From an uncultured Clostridia bacterium (GTDB taxonomy: Bacteria > Bacillota > Clostridia > TANB77 > CAG-508): a stretch of DNA of 64,000 nucleotides. Every line of letters starts with the position of its first letter. Position 1 is the first letter of the stretch. The stretch lies in NCBI GenBank assembly GCA_944386385.1, contig CALXAV010000008.1:2903-66902 (forward strand), in the 5' to 3' direction. Below the pieces are notes generated by a model, which ran no database searches, was not told where the DNA came from, and saw only the letters and a list, made by a program, of their open reading frames with translations. Below are positions 12,301 to 21,510 of this stretch, one piece after another. The translations under genes and the position numbers were made by a program.

Positions 12301-15300
12301 TCTGATATTGTTAATGTACTTCCACTAGTTGAATATGTCTTTCCTTTTGGTATTATTAACTCACTACTTGATACGCTTCCATAACTTGTATTATTTACTT
12401 TTATTGTCATAGTAAAGCATTCAACTTTTACATTTACTGAACTTGTTCCTACTGTTCCACTTGCTGTGTATGCTACACTCACTCCATCTATTTTTAATCC
12501 ATATACTTCCCATTTTGTTCCATAGTTATGTTTTGTATAATAGTCCTCAACATATCCTTTATCTACTCCACCTACTCTTAAACCTACATATATTCTATCA
12601 TTATATCCACCTGAACCATAAGATGTTCCGTCTACATATAAGTTTACGTCTACATAGTAGCTATTTATACTATATTGTGCATAATATGTTACATTACTTG
12701 ATGGTACTACTGTATCTGCTGTTATTTTTGTTCCTCCACTTGCTTGTGTAAACCAACCATTAAATGTATATCCTGTTTTGCTTGCCGTTGGTAATGTTCC
12801 TATCTTACTTCCAGCTCCTTTTGTTACTTTCTCTGTCTTTCCATCTCCATAATTGAAAGTTACTTCTACTCCTTTAACATCAGCCGTTGCTCTTTTACCT
12901 GAACTTCTATTTCCAAGGTTATCATATAAATATACGTCTGTAATATATTTTCCATATTCATTGTTATGTTCTGATGTATTTACATGATATACCCATGTTG
13001 TTCCATCTGATTGTTTTACTCCTGTACATTTACTATTACTTGTCCAATCTGTTACTAAATCATCTTGTCCATTACTTTCTGTCCATGTTGGAAATTGTAC
13101 TCTATTTACTCCTGAACCTGTATCTTTTACTCCATATACATATACATCATATCCTGTTGTTGTTATATTTTTTACCTCTACGCTTGTATTTGTTGGTGCT
13201 GTTTTATCTATCTTTATTGTTGTAGTCTTTTCATCTGATATATTTCCTGCTTTATCTACTACTCTATATCTTATACTTGCATTTCTATCTACTGTATATG
13301 TTATTGTTCCAGTATTTCCACTTGTTGTTAATGCTCTTGTTGTCCATGCTCCGTTTTCATACCATTGGAATTCTTTTATTCCTGATTCATTATCCGTTCC
13401 GTTTAATGTTATTTTTACATCATCTTTTGTCCAGTTTCCATTGCTTGGATTTGTTATACTATCTATTGTTGGTTTTGTTTTATCTATATTTTTTATATCT
13501 AATGAAGCCGTTACTTTATTTCCTTCTATATCTGTTGCTTCTGCATATACTGTTCCATTCTTTTCTACTGTTACACTTGTTGCATTTGCTGTATTTGCTT
13601 CTCCATATCCTGCTTTCCTATTTTGTGTTAGATTTGCTCCATATTCTACTGTTACTTTTACATTTCCATTTGTCCATTCTGTTATGTCTGGTGTTAGTTT
13701 TATCTTGTTTGCATCTAATGTATTATCTCCTACTGTAAACACATTTGATACTTTTATCTCTTCTGCTCTATTTCCTGCTTTGTCTTTTACATTTGTCCAT
13801 AAATAATAATTTCCTTTTGTACAATCTGTTTTTTCAACAGCTGTTCCATTTTCAAAGTCAGTCCATGCTGCTGGTTCCGTAGTATTTGAATTACTCCATG
13901 CATATTGTAATATATTTAGTCCGCTCTTACTATCACTTGCATTTAGAGTAGCTCTTATTGTTGCTTTTCCACTTGTTGGCATTACATAATTTGTTCCACC
14001 ATTTGGTGTTATTGTAACAGTTGGTAATCCTTTATCTATTTTTAATGTTGTAGTCTTCTCATCTGATATGTTTCCTGCCTTATCTACTACTCTATATCTT
14101 ATACTTGTATCTCTTTCTACTGTATATGTTATTGTTCCTGTATTTCCATTTGTCGTTAATTCTCTTGTTGTCCATGCTCCGTTTTCATACCATTGGAATT
14201 CTTTTATTCCTGATTCATTATCCGTTCCGTTTAATGTTATTTTTACATCATCTTTTGTCCAGTTTCCATTGCTTGGATTTGTTATACTATCTATTGTTGG
14301 TTTTGTTTTATCTATATTTTTTATATCTAATGAAGCCGTTACTTTATTTCCTTCTATATCTGTTGCTTCTGCATATACTGTTCCATTCTTTTCTACTGTT
14401 ACACTTGTTGCATTTGCTGTATTTGCTTCTCCATATCCTGCTTTCCTATTTTGTATTAGATTTGCTCCATATTCTACTGTTACTTTTACATTTCCATTTG
14501 TCCATTCTGTTATGTCTGGTGTTAATTTTATCTTGTTTGCATCTGATGTATTATCTCCTACTGTAAATACATTTGATACCTTTACCCTCTCTGCTCTATT
14601 TCCTGCTTTGTCTTTTACATTTGTCCATAAATAATAATTTCCTTTTTCACAGTCTGTTTTCTCTACAAATTCTCCATTCTTAAAATCTTTCCAGTCTGTT
14701 GGCTCTGTTGTATTTGAATTACTCCATGCATATTTTAATGTATCTACTCCACTTTTACTATCACTTGCATTTAAGTTTGCCCTTATTTTTGCCTTTCCAT
14801 CTGTTGGCATTACATAGTTTACTCCTCCATTTGGTGTTATTCCAACTGTTGGAAGCTCTTTATCTATTCTCGTTACTTTTACTTCTTGTTTTTTATTTCC
14901 ATATTCCGCTCTTATTGTACAATTATCTGTTATCTCATATCTATCTTCATATTCTACTTCTTTTCCATCTATAAAAAACTTTAATTCTGAATCTGGTGCT
15001 CCTCCGCTATAATTTACTACTACTCTTATATTTTGGTTTGTCCATTCACTTACTGAATAATTCTCTCCTGTCTCTTTATATAATGATATACTTAATCCTG
15101 TTTGATATTCTTTATCTACTATCTCATTATATATTTGCTCCATTTCATTCTCTATTCCGGCACTACTTTCATATTCTGCTTGTACTCGTTCTATTTCTCT
15201 TATTTGAGCTGAATTCTTATTCATTAATGTCATATATGAAATGAATATAACGATTAACATAAACAGCATCGTTGTTAGTACAAATACTGTAATAGAACCT

Positions 15301-15419
15301 TTTTCACTTTTTAAATTTAAGATATACTTAATAAAGCTTTCCTTATTTACTAAAGTATAGCTCTCTCTCTCTCTCTCTCTCTCTACAGTTTCAAGGACTT
15401 TACTGTCTTTTAATTTCAT
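6390..15419 (-). CDS. 3009-aa pilin-anchored multidomain adhesin: minor-pilin-like N-terminus, Ig-like repeats, Bsp-like repeat, InlB-B/Flg_new repeats, CBM-like, GLUG and ricin-B lectin domains
   Basis: EKGSITVFVL hydrophobic helix; PTASKTGYTFNGWFT repeats; VGGIVG GLUG repeats; C-terminal QxW ricin repeats. Confidence 0.8.
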   Translation of the reverse strand: MKLKDSKVLETVERERERESYTLVNKESFIKYILNLKSEKGSITVFVLTTMLFMLIVIFISYMTLMNKNSAQIREIERVQAEYESSAGIENEMEQIYNEIVDKEYQTGLSISLYKETGENYSVSEWTNQNIRVVVNYSGGAPDSELKFFIDGKEVEYEDRYEITDNCTIRAEYGNKKQEVKVTRIDKELPTVGITPNGGVNYVMPTDGKAKIRANLNASDSKSGVDTLKYAWSNSNTTEPTDWKDFKNGEFVEKTDCEKGNYYLWTNVKDKAGNRAERVKVSNVFTVGDNTSDANKIKLTPDITEWTNGNVKVTVEYGANLIQNRKAGYGEANTANATSVTVEKNGTVYAEATDIEGNKVTASLDIKNIDKTKPTIDSITNPSNGNWTKDDVKITLNGTDNESGIKEFQWYENGAWTTRELTTNGNTGTITYTVERDTSIRYRVVDKAGNISDEKTTTLKIDKGLPTVTITPNGGTNYVMPTSGKATIRATLNASDSKSGLNILQYAWSNSNTTEPAAWTDFENGTAVEKTDCTKGNYYLWTNVKDKAGNRAEEIKVSNVFTVGDNTLDANKIKLTPDITEWTNGNVKVTVEYGANLTQNRKAGYGEANTANATSVTVEKNGTVYAEATDIEGNKVTASLDIKNIDKTKPTIDSITNPSNGNWTKDDVKITLNGTDNESGIKEFQWYENGAWTTRALTTSGNTGTITYTVDRNASIRYRVVDKAGNISDEKTTTIKIDKTAPTNTSVEVKNITTTGYDVYVYGVKDTGSGVNRVQFPTWTESNGQDDLVTDWTSNSKCTGVKQSDGTTWVYHVNTSEHNNEYGKYITDVYLYDNLGNRSSGKRATADVKGVEVTFNYGDGKTEKVTKGAGSKIGTLPTASKTGYTFNGWFTQASGGTKITADTVVPSSNVTYYAQYSINSYYVDVNLYVDGTSYGSGGYNDRIYVGLRVGGVDKGYVEDYYTKHNYGTKWEVYGLKIDGVSVAYTASGTVGTSSVNVKVECFTMTIKVNNTSYGSVSSSELIIPKGKTYSTSGSTLTISDGRKVTASVKNATGYTTKFSSWSSTSGTVNAKTTVTATFTRTPNTYTVTYDNNFYGNNLWTDTNLTSRYSAAGTTPTSKANVSDTSVMNGQQIKFVMPAGTSGGPYYSTPAKLTVGKTYTWSVYVKASSNKTLNIGSEQGGTKKVNVTTSWQKITHTFTAQDTQYRAFVFYLSGSTWTSGDQLYVHSLEIMEGSPSKTTQNKTYGTALGTLPTASRAGYTFAGWYTAPTGGSKIATTTTVPAANTTYYAHWTANSYTVTYNYSENGGASATKTSAKVVKGTSIDLSPTATKSGYTFVGWNTNKDAKEKLSSLTMGTNNVTLYAIYSKTITGTFYYWNGSKQVSTTKSATVYNKTTSGSITAPTLANASKDGVTYTQRGWSTSNTGNATVNLNSGASVTLSSNATYYGLYQASITATFYYYNGSKQASTTAKGTRYMNSSGAYVQGGITVPSAVSSSTGLWSTKYGGVATAVNSSTAATVNTANTKYYAFYGSTLTYYYYNGSAHTSSSTTKRSRSNGTSYVCTVDSTPKPSAYDGASFKWWSYDATKTSSDYKREPNATGVAALYAVYEKSVTATFYYNSGDAYSATQTSTTAKGTKNYVSKSGGVNTYNGSISIPSAVTGSTGYYGTKYKGVSKSTNSSTAATVNTGTTKYYAYYDVGITYYYYNGSAHTSSTSTRRARSNGSTYVCTVDSKPTPSKYDSATFKWWSYDSTKASTDYKREPNATAMTSLYAVYQRTITATFNYWNGSKATTATASGTRSYVSKSGGVNTYQGNISIPSAVSSSKGAKSTTYSHVATSKTSTSGVTPTTSNGTYYAVYKKTVTATKKYYNNQTATATGTAWGYYDGKYANASINLGSTSQSGYTFRGWSTSNAANASITVASGGNASIINNTTYYASYTYTVTATYRYNNTSTANKATAYMGYTGGKVGAKPTVAASPSKTGYTFRGWSTSSAYNGSVATPGTITGDTTYYASFSKTVTLTYNGQSGTGVPAKQTGTVYMDYKNAVTGAKITISSQKPTRSGYAFVKWNDKTDGSGTGYSHSGSITISDNKTIYAIWFGSTTPSGVTVKEGTQVSFSVTGTNVSKYQWYKATSSTGTGTAISGATGSTYTISASSVTTSLNNTYYYCVVTNKFNTSSTITTGRAKLVVTSLKGGTSKYLAKGQSLTLTPTKGGGAGTINWTTSNSNGVSLSATQGNSVTIKGLRAGTYTIKATENAGGASTSYTINVTELTVKNNTATVLEGNKVTLTKPTASSNSGTITYSTTSSAITVNSSTGEVTGVNAGAEKTTATVTAKESKGGATCSYTVTVKVWNGEGTSSSPYQIGNLRDIKKLEEKVAKAATSGTAYRYTSKYFKQTSNINLNNTSIMIGKVTKNADTEGFNGIYDGNNKEIQNLKITQNNTSNVGLFRILGGQGTVKNVILASGSATITNSTGNSIYYIGTLVAENYGVVENCTNKIPMTFKGIADALGGMIGLNHTNGTVRKCINYGTLNKTSDTADNSGNVGGIIGNSSGIIENCENHGVVSATAVNTGGITGQNRGTTRNCTNYGNITGNSNFDTPTVGGIAAWNHYDSKTVTLENCVNYGDINVPRAIQVGGIVGSNEKATIKGSTNYGDITSGKWYIGGISGLTTKGAVIEQSANHGFIKADHTNGGITGYLIDSGSKIRLCVNYGNILGTGTESDDFDVGGIVGYVGTGTTVENCYNKDAAIRGRDSIGGIAGANNGTISNSYNTGVATSNAGKTNFAGLVGANQSGATIKNSYSQTGKTAKTIGTNLGSATSTAFKDYSYMITDGFVNLLGSSNWKRGATTPILKWQANEQYTGTIEEGVYMIYSALTPTSKVMDIAGASTTNGANVQLYTENYTAAQKFEIKKSNENGWYTIVNVNSGNVFDVESSGTANGTNLQLWSSTNANNQKWKFVDLKNGYYAIQSKLGTYIHLKDGATGDGNNILMWTGADATNKNCQWMLKKAIK
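13210..14865. repeat. Intragenic tandem duplication, 2 x 828 bp (276 aa)
   Basis: Near-identical DNA at 13210-14037 and 14038-14865. Confidence 0.9.
15361..15384 (-). repeat. (AG)12 simple sequence repeat in 5' coding region, in frame (ON)
   Basis: (CT)12 on + strand; encodes ETVERERERES. Confidence 0.95.
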
Positions 15420-15451
15420 GCTTAATCCCCCTACTAGTTTTCGTTATTTTT

Positions 15452-15480
15452 ATTGTAGTTTACTCTAATTTCAATGTCAA
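15452..15480 (-). promoter_or_regulatory. Sigma-A promoter of giant adhesin gene
   Basis: TTGACA-17bp-TACAAT. Confidence 0.65.
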
Positions 15481-15491
15481 CACACAAAAAT

Positions 15492-15531
15492 AAGCTTCCA
15501 TAATAAGAACGTTTTTCTTATTACGGAAGCT
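15492..15531 (-). terminator. Intrinsic terminator after mrdA
   Basis: AGCTTCC.TAATAAGAA...TTCTTATTA.GGAAGCT hairpin. Confidence 0.6.
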
Positions 15532-15604
15532 CATTATATCCGTTTTCTTTTCATATATTGTTTTTATTTTTCATTTTTATTACAAATTCATAACAGTAAT
15601 ATTT

Positions 15605-17725
15605 TTAATTCATAATTTGTACAAAAGGCTCCGCTGTCATATCCTCCTCAATTGTCTCTACATTCATTCCAAAGTATTCTTCCATTATGTCTCTTACTAC
15701 TTCTGCTGTATAGTTTCCATGTCCACCATTTTCTACAATAACAACAATTGCTATCTCTGGATTTTCAAATGGTGCAAATCCTACAAACCATGCATTTACT
15801 TTATCTCCAGCTTCCGCTGAACCTGTTTTTCCTCCTACTGTTACATCAAAATCTCTAAATCTAACATATGCTGTACCTGAACTATCTTGTGTAACAGATT
15901 CCATACCTGCAAGAACTGCATCTATATATTCTTGATTTATATCAATATCTTCTACTTCTTCTTGCTCTATTCCTAATTTTTGATTTACGAAGCTTTCAAT
16001 CTCTTCTTTTGAAACTTCTGAACCATCTGCTCTTCTTATTGTTCTTACTATTGTAGGTTGTATTCTGTTTCCTCCGTTTGCTAATATACTAATATATCTT
16101 GCCATCTGAACTGGGCTAAATGAATTATCTTGTTGTCCTATTGCTGCTTGTAAAGTATTACCAGCATACCATGATGGATCATCTGGGTGTAATTCAGCTT
16201 TTGTTTCTTTGCTTGCAACAGAACCTGACGTTTCACTTGGTAGTTCCACTCCTGTTTTACTTCCTAATCCAAAATATCTTGCAAATCTTGCTAATGTATC
16301 TATTCCCATTCTATCTGCTGTTTCATAGAAGAAATAATTACATGACCTTTCTATTGCTTGTGATACATTAAGCCATCCATGTCCTCTTCTGTAGTCAGTA
16401 TAATACCAACAAACTGGCTGATAATCACTATATTTTGTATATCTTCCTGTATCATTTATTCTAGTATTCAAATCTATTACTCCAGACTCCAAACCAGCTA
16501 TTGCTGTTACCATCTTAAATGTAGAACCTGGTGAATATGAGTTCTGTACTGCTTTATTTACTAGTGGATGTGCTGAATCATTATTGTATTTATTCCAATT
16601 TTCTGTACTTATTCCTCCTACAAAATCTGCTGGGTTATATGTAGGATAACTTGCCATTGCAAGTATCTCACCACTATTTACATTCATAACAACACAAGCA
16701 CCAGCATTTGTATCAAATCTTTGTCCAAACCCTCCGCTTGAAATTTTTTGAATATTTGCAGCTAATGCATCTTCAGTAACTTTTTGAAGGTTAGCATCTA
16801 TTGTAAGTACTACATCAGAACCTGATATTGCTTCTTCTGAAACATATTCTGCTGTTGTAGTTCCATCAACAGCCATATCTATTTGTCTTGTTCCATTTTT
16901 TCCTTTTAAATATTCCTCAAATACATATTCAATACCAGTTTTTCCTATAATATCATTTTGACTATATGTATCTTTTCTTGTTTCATATTCTTCACTACTT
17001 ATTTGAGAAGCATATCCCAAAATGTGTGATGCAAGTGTTCCTGATGTATACTCTCTTACAGGTTTTACTGAAATATTTATTCCTGCAAACTTATCTGAAC
17101 TTTCACTAAATTCTGCTACTGCCTCTCTTGGAATATTGTCTGCTATTGTTATTGACTTTGTACTACTATATCCCTCTATAGATATTTGATACCTTATAGC
17201 TATTATCTTTCTTATTTCTTCTACATTCGTTGTGTTTGTTATTTCATATTTATCAACAAATTCATTAAATGCATCTTCTGCACTTATATTTTCGTCTAAG
17301 TCATTATCTTCTTTCCATTCAACTAATTCTTCATCTGATATTGTAAATGCATATGGATTAATACTTATAGGAAAAGAATCCGGATAAGAAACACCATATT
17401 TTTCAAGAACCTGTATCATATTTAAAATAGAAATATTTAGCTGATTATCATCTATTTTTGTTTTATACATCTCCAAAGAAAATTGCATATCAGAAGTAAC
17501 TAATGTAGCACCAGTTCTATCTAGAATTTCTCCTCTTGCCGCTTCTAATGTACTTTCTCTTGTTAATCTTGTATTTGACTGTTCTCTATATTCTGCTCCA
17601 TGCACTATTTGAAGGCTAAATAGTCTGACAATTAAAATTATTCCTATAATATAAACAACAACTGTTAATAAATTAAATCTAAGATTTATATTAGCCTTTT
17701 TAGGAGTTTTATTTCTTCTTATCAA
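15605..17725 (-). CDS. mrdA: Penicillin-binding protein 2 (class B)
   Basis: PGSTFK (SxxK), SCN (SxN), KTG motifs; follows mreD. Confidence 0.9.
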   Translation of the reverse strand: MIRRNKTPKKANINLRFNLLTVVVYIIGIILIVRLFSLQIVHGAEYREQSNTRLTRESTLEAARGEILDRTGATLVTSDMQFSLEMYKTKIDDNQLNISILNMIQVLEKYGVSYPDSFPISINPYAFTISDEELVEWKEDNDLDENISAEDAFNEFVDKYEITNTTNVEEIRKIIAIRYQISIEGYSSTKSITIADNIPREAVAEFSESSDKFAGINISVKPVREYTSGTLASHILGYASQISSEEYETRKDTYSQNDIIGKTGIEYVFEEYLKGKNGTRQIDMAVDGTTTAEYVSEEAISGSDVVLTIDANLQKVTEDALAANIQKISSGGFGQRFDTNAGACVVMNVNSGEILAMASYPTYNPADFVGGISTENWNKYNNDSAHPLVNKAVQNSYSPGSTFKMVTAIAGLESGVIDLNTRINDTGRYTKYSDYQPVCWYYTDYRRGHGWLNVSQAIERSCNYFFYETADRMGIDTLARFARYFGLGSKTGVELPSETSGSVASKETKAELHPDDPSWYAGNTLQAAIGQQDNSFSPVQMARYISILANGGNRIQPTIVRTIRRADGSEVSKEEIESFVNQKLGIEQEEVEDIDINQEYIDAVLAGMESVTQDSSGTAYVRFRDFDVTVGGKTGSAEAGDKVNAWFVGFAPFENPEIAIVVIVENGGHGNYTAEVVRDIMEEYFGMNVETIEEDMTAEPFVQIMN

Positions 17726-17755
17726 ACTATCACCTTCTTTCTTTATAATTATTTT

Positions 17756-18290
17756 TTAAAAATATCTCGTTAAAATTTTATTTCCCTTATATTCATTTTC
17801 TATATAATATCCTGCTTTTTGTATAAGTGGATATAATATAATAGTTAAAATCAAATTATATACAATCTCAATTACAAGGATTTTCAAAAAGCTTATTATT
17901 TCAACATTTATTGATAAAAACATATAATCTATTAAATAGTTTAGAACTTCTACTAAAAAAGTAGAACCAAAAACCATAAGCATTATTGTCATTCTACTAT
18001 CTTTTGAAAAGTTTTTATCAAACACTCCTGCTAAAAATCCAACTAAGCCTAATGTTACAGCATTTATACCAACTTGTGTCCCTAGTAATAAATCTAACAT
18101 TAATCCGACAGCTACCCCATAGATAGTTCCAACTGTCCTACTTGCAAATAATCCAATAAATAATACGTATATTACAAACAAGTTTGGCATAACACTTGCA
18201 ATATTAAACCATGTAAAGAAGTTTGATTGAAGATAGTATATAATTAATCCGTACTAAAACTAAAACTATATTAATAACTAGTTTTTTCAA
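17756..18290 (-). CDS. mreD: Rod shape-determining protein MreD, about 177 aa, requiring a +1 shift at CGG 18251-18249
   Basis: TTG start 18290 after GAGGTG; MKKLVINIVLVLV, skip C, then GLIIYYLQSNFFTWFNIASVMPNLFVI; lies between mreC and mrdA. Confidence 0.85.
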
Positions 18291-18303
18291 TTAATTCACC
18301 TCT

Positions 18304-19119
18304 TTACTGATTTGTAATTACAAGTACTGTATCTAGTTTATCAAAATCTACTGCTGTATCAATTACTGCATATCTATCAGTTACATTTTGTGCATTTTCC
18401 ACACTTCTTACTGTTCCCACGTGAATACCTTTTGGATAAATACCCCCTAATCCTGAAGTCTCAACACTATCTCCTTGAACAACATTAGCATCTGTCGGTA
18501 TATACATTCCTCTTAATGTTGAATTTTCTTCTAACGTTCCCTTACATACAATGCTTTCATCTGTTGTACTCATTGTACAGCTAACTGAGCTTGCTGTATC
18601 TATTATTGTTTGTACCTTTGCAGTATTGTTTGTTACAGAAATAACATGTCCAACTAATCCTTGGTCTCCAATTACCGTCATGTTTTCCTGTACTCCATCA
18701 TCACTTCCTATATTTATCACTATTGTTTTTGAATAATTACTTATTTCTTTGTTTATAACATATCCTGGAACAGTATTATATTCTCCATATTTTTCACTTA
18801 AGTTCAAATATTCTTGTAATGTTTCATTTTGAGTTTTTATACTTTCAAGCTCTCTTAATGACTGTTCTAATTCACTATTTCTTTGTCTCAATTCTTCATT
18901 TTCTGTTTGTAAGTTATTGATATCTGTAAAAAATGTGCTATTTCCACTTAATTTGTTTTTCAAATAAGTTAAACCGTTTTGTATAGGCATAACTAAATTA
19001 GTTGCAGCATTTTCAAAAAAGCTACTATTATTCTCTCCATTTGAGAATATTACAATTAAAATTAAAAATATAATAGTAATAACAATTCCTATAATTCCGC
19101 TTTTTTTATTTCTATACAT
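18304..19119 (-). CDS. mreC: Rod shape-determining protein MreC
   Basis: TM, coiled coil, TSGLGGIYPKGI motif. Confidence 0.92.
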   Translation of the reverse strand: MYRNKKSGIIGIVITIIFLILIVIFSNGENNSSFFENAATNLVMPIQNGLTYLKNKLSGNSTFFTDINNLQTENEELRQRNSELEQSLRELESIKTQNETLQEYLNLSEKYGEYNTVPGYVINKEISNYSKTIVINIGSDDGVQENMTVIGDQGLVGHVISVTNNTAKVQTIIDTASSVSCTMSTTDESIVCKGTLEENSTLRGMYIPTDANVVQGDSVETSGLGGIYPKGIHVGTVRSVENAQNVTDRYAVIDTAVDFDKLDTVLVITNQ

Positions 19120-19137
19120 TTTTTACTCCAATCTTTT

Positions 19138-20172
19138 TTATCTTCTATTGTTTCTTGCATTTACAAGAACTCTTCCTAAACGTTCTATATCTTCTAAAGT
19201 TTTTCCTGCCCCTCTTACAACACAATCTAATGGTTCATCAGCTACATAAACAGGCATTCCAGTTTCTTTACTAATTAATTTGTCTAAATTTTTAATTAGC
19301 GCTCCTCCGCCTGCTAAAACTATACCTTTCTCCATAATATCTGCTGCAAGTTCTGGTGGTGTTTTTTCTAATGTCATTTTTACTATTTCAACTATTTTTG
19401 AAATTGATTCTTTCATTGCCTCTTCTATCTGTGTAGATGTAACTACTACATTTCTTGGTAAACCTGTACTTAAATCTCTTCCTCTAATTTCCATAGACAT
19501 TTCAGTCATAAGTGGCATTGCGCAACCTAACGAAATCTTTATTTGTTCTGCTGTTGTATCTCCAATTGCTAAGTTCAGTTCACGTTTTATATAATTTACT
19601 ATATCTTCATCAAGTTCATCTCCAGCAACTCTTAAAGAATGGCTTACTACGATTCCTCCCAAAGAGATAACTGCAACTTCTGTTGTTCCTCCACCTATAT
19701 CAACAATAATGTTTCCACTTGGTTCTCCAACATCTAAAGATGCTCCAATTGCTGCTGCCATTGGTTCTTCTATAAGGTATACCTCTCTTGCTCCTGCTTG
19801 TATTACAGCCTCTTCTACCGCTCTTTCTTCTACTTCTGTTATTCCTGATGGTACACCAACTACTACTCTTGGTTTTCCTATATTATATCTTTTTCCTACT
19901 TTTGCAATTATATTTTTAAGCATTAGCTGTGTTGCTGTAAAATCTGCTATAACGCCATCCTTCATTGGTCTTACTGCTTTTATTTGTTCTGGCGTTCTTC
20001 CTAACATTTCTTTTGCTTCTGTTCCAGTAGCTACAATATTTCCTGTTCTTCTATTTATTGCTACAACAGATGGTTCTTTTAATACAATTCCTTTTCCTTT
20101 TAAAGCTACTAAAAGATTAGCAGTTCCTAAATCAATTCCAATATCTTTTGATCCAAATGTAAATAATTTCAT
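19138..20172 (-). CDS. mreB: Rod shape-determining protein MreB
   Basis: [23 protein letters not shown]; likely start ATG 20172. Confidence 0.95.
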   Translation of the reverse strand: MKLFTFGSKDIGIDLGTANLLVALKGKGIVLKEPSVVAINRRTGNIVATGTEAKEMLGRTPEQIKAVRPMKDGVIADFTATQLMLKNIIAKVGKRYNIGKPRVVVGVPSGITEVEERAVEEAVIQAGAREVYLIEEPMAAAIGASLDVGEPSGNIIVDIGGGTTEVAVISLGGIVVSHSLRVAGDELDEDIVNYIKRELNLAIGDTTAEQIKISLGCAMPLMTEMSMEIRGRDLSTGLPRNVVVTSTQIEEAMKESISKIVEIVKMTLEKTPPELAADIMEKGIVLAGGGALIKNLDKLISKETGMPVYVADEPLDCVVRGAGKTLEDIERLGRVLVNARNNRR

Positions 20173-20209
20173 AAAAATCCTTGTCCTTTCCTTTCTAAGT
20201 TCTACTAAT

Positions 20210-20920
20210 TTATGTCTTTTCATTTGTCTTTAAAGCAATTTCTGTAAAAATACTTGTATATTTCATATTTCCAATTATTATATGGTCTACCATTTCCAAG
20301 CCCATTTCTTTTGCAGATTTTTCTAACTTTCCTGTATACAATATATCTTTATCGCTTGGTGTGGGATCACCACTTGGGTGATTATGTACTAATATAAATT
20401 TCTGTGCCTTCATTCTAATTGGTTCATATAAAATATCTTTTATAGGAATATCTACAAAATTCATTGTACCATTTGCTACATCTTCTATTTTTAACACTTC
20501 ATTTTTATTACTTAAAACAGTCACTTTTACAATCTCTTCTTTTTTAAAACTCAGACTGCTCATTAACATTTTAGCCAAGTCTTGTGGAGAGCTTATGACC
20601 ATTTTCTTATAATTTGATGTTTTAAATATTCTAATAGCAATTTCTCCTATTGCTTTTAATTGTATTGCTTTTACTTTTCCAATTCCTTTTATCTGCATTA
20701 ACTCTTGAATAGTTAATGTAGTTAAATAATTTAAATTTTCAGCTGTTGTATTGTTTAAACTAAGTAGTTTTTGTGCCAACTGTACAGCTGTTTCTTCTCT
20801 TGTTCCTGTTTTTATTATTATCGCAAGTAGCTCTGCATCTGATAATGCTTTTTCTCCATACATTTCTAATTTTTCGTATGGTCTTTCTAATTCTGGTAAT
20901 TCTTTCATTTTCATAGACAA
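20210..20920 (-). CDS. radC: RadC/JAB domain protein
   Basis: ERPYEKL...[20 protein letters not shown]. Confidence 0.92.
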   Translation of the reverse strand: MSMKMKELPELERPYEKLEMYGEKALSDAELLAIIIKTGTREETAVQLAQKLLSLNNTTAENLNYLTTLTIQELMQIKGIGKVKAIQLKAIGEIAIRIFKTSNYKKMVISSPQDLAKMLMSSLSFKKEEIVKVTVLSNKNEVLKIEDVANGTMNFVDIPIKDILYEPIRMKAQKFILVHNHPSGDPTPSDKDILYTGKLEKSAKEMGLEMVDHIIIGNMKYTSIFTEIALKTNEKT

Positions 20921-20975
20921 AATATATCAAATCCTTTCTTTTTTAGATTTCCCTATATATTTTGTCCCTATATCC

Positions 20976-21233
20976 CTATAATTTTTTATAAATAAATATT
21001 GCAAGTATCATTCCTATTATACTTGATATATTAATTTTAAACATTAATCCAAATGTGATTTGAATTACACTTAAATCAAGTGTTATAGGTTCATTTAATC
21101 CAAAACTTTCGCCATATGATAGCCACCAAAGCCAATCAATTCTTGATGCTAATTCTCCTAATAATCCACCTACTACTATTCCTGATAATATAAATACTAA
21201 TAAAATCCATACATTTTTTTCTTTTGTTGCCAT
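20976..21233 (-). CDS. DUF4321-like small membrane protein
   Basis: Sequence pattern and position upstream of radC. Confidence 0.7.
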   Translation of the reverse strand: MATKEKNVWILLVFILSGIVVGGLLGELASRIDWLWWLSYGESFGLNEPITLDLSVIQITFGLMFKINISSIIGMILAIFIYKKL

Positions 21234-21510
21234 TTTTTATCCCTCCAAAATTCTTTTCCTCTTACGGCTATTCATTTTTTACCACACAGGTATTATATAT
21301 TGAATTAGCAAATTTTTCAAGTAAATAACCTTATTTTTTTCTTAAATTTACGTTTTTTACAAACGAGTTTATTGAAAAGGAAAAAACGTTGTGTTATATT
21401 AATAAGAAATCTTAAATATTTTAAAAAATAATTACCAAAATTTATACATTTAAATATAATAATATAAGTAGTATAATAAAATTAAGAGTTGTTTAGGAGG
21501 TATTTACTTT

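Noticed and set aside
587..15244. Many Leu/Tyr/His-rich + strand ORFs
   Set aside because: Antisense shadows of the large minus-strand genes; no RBS or recognisable domains.
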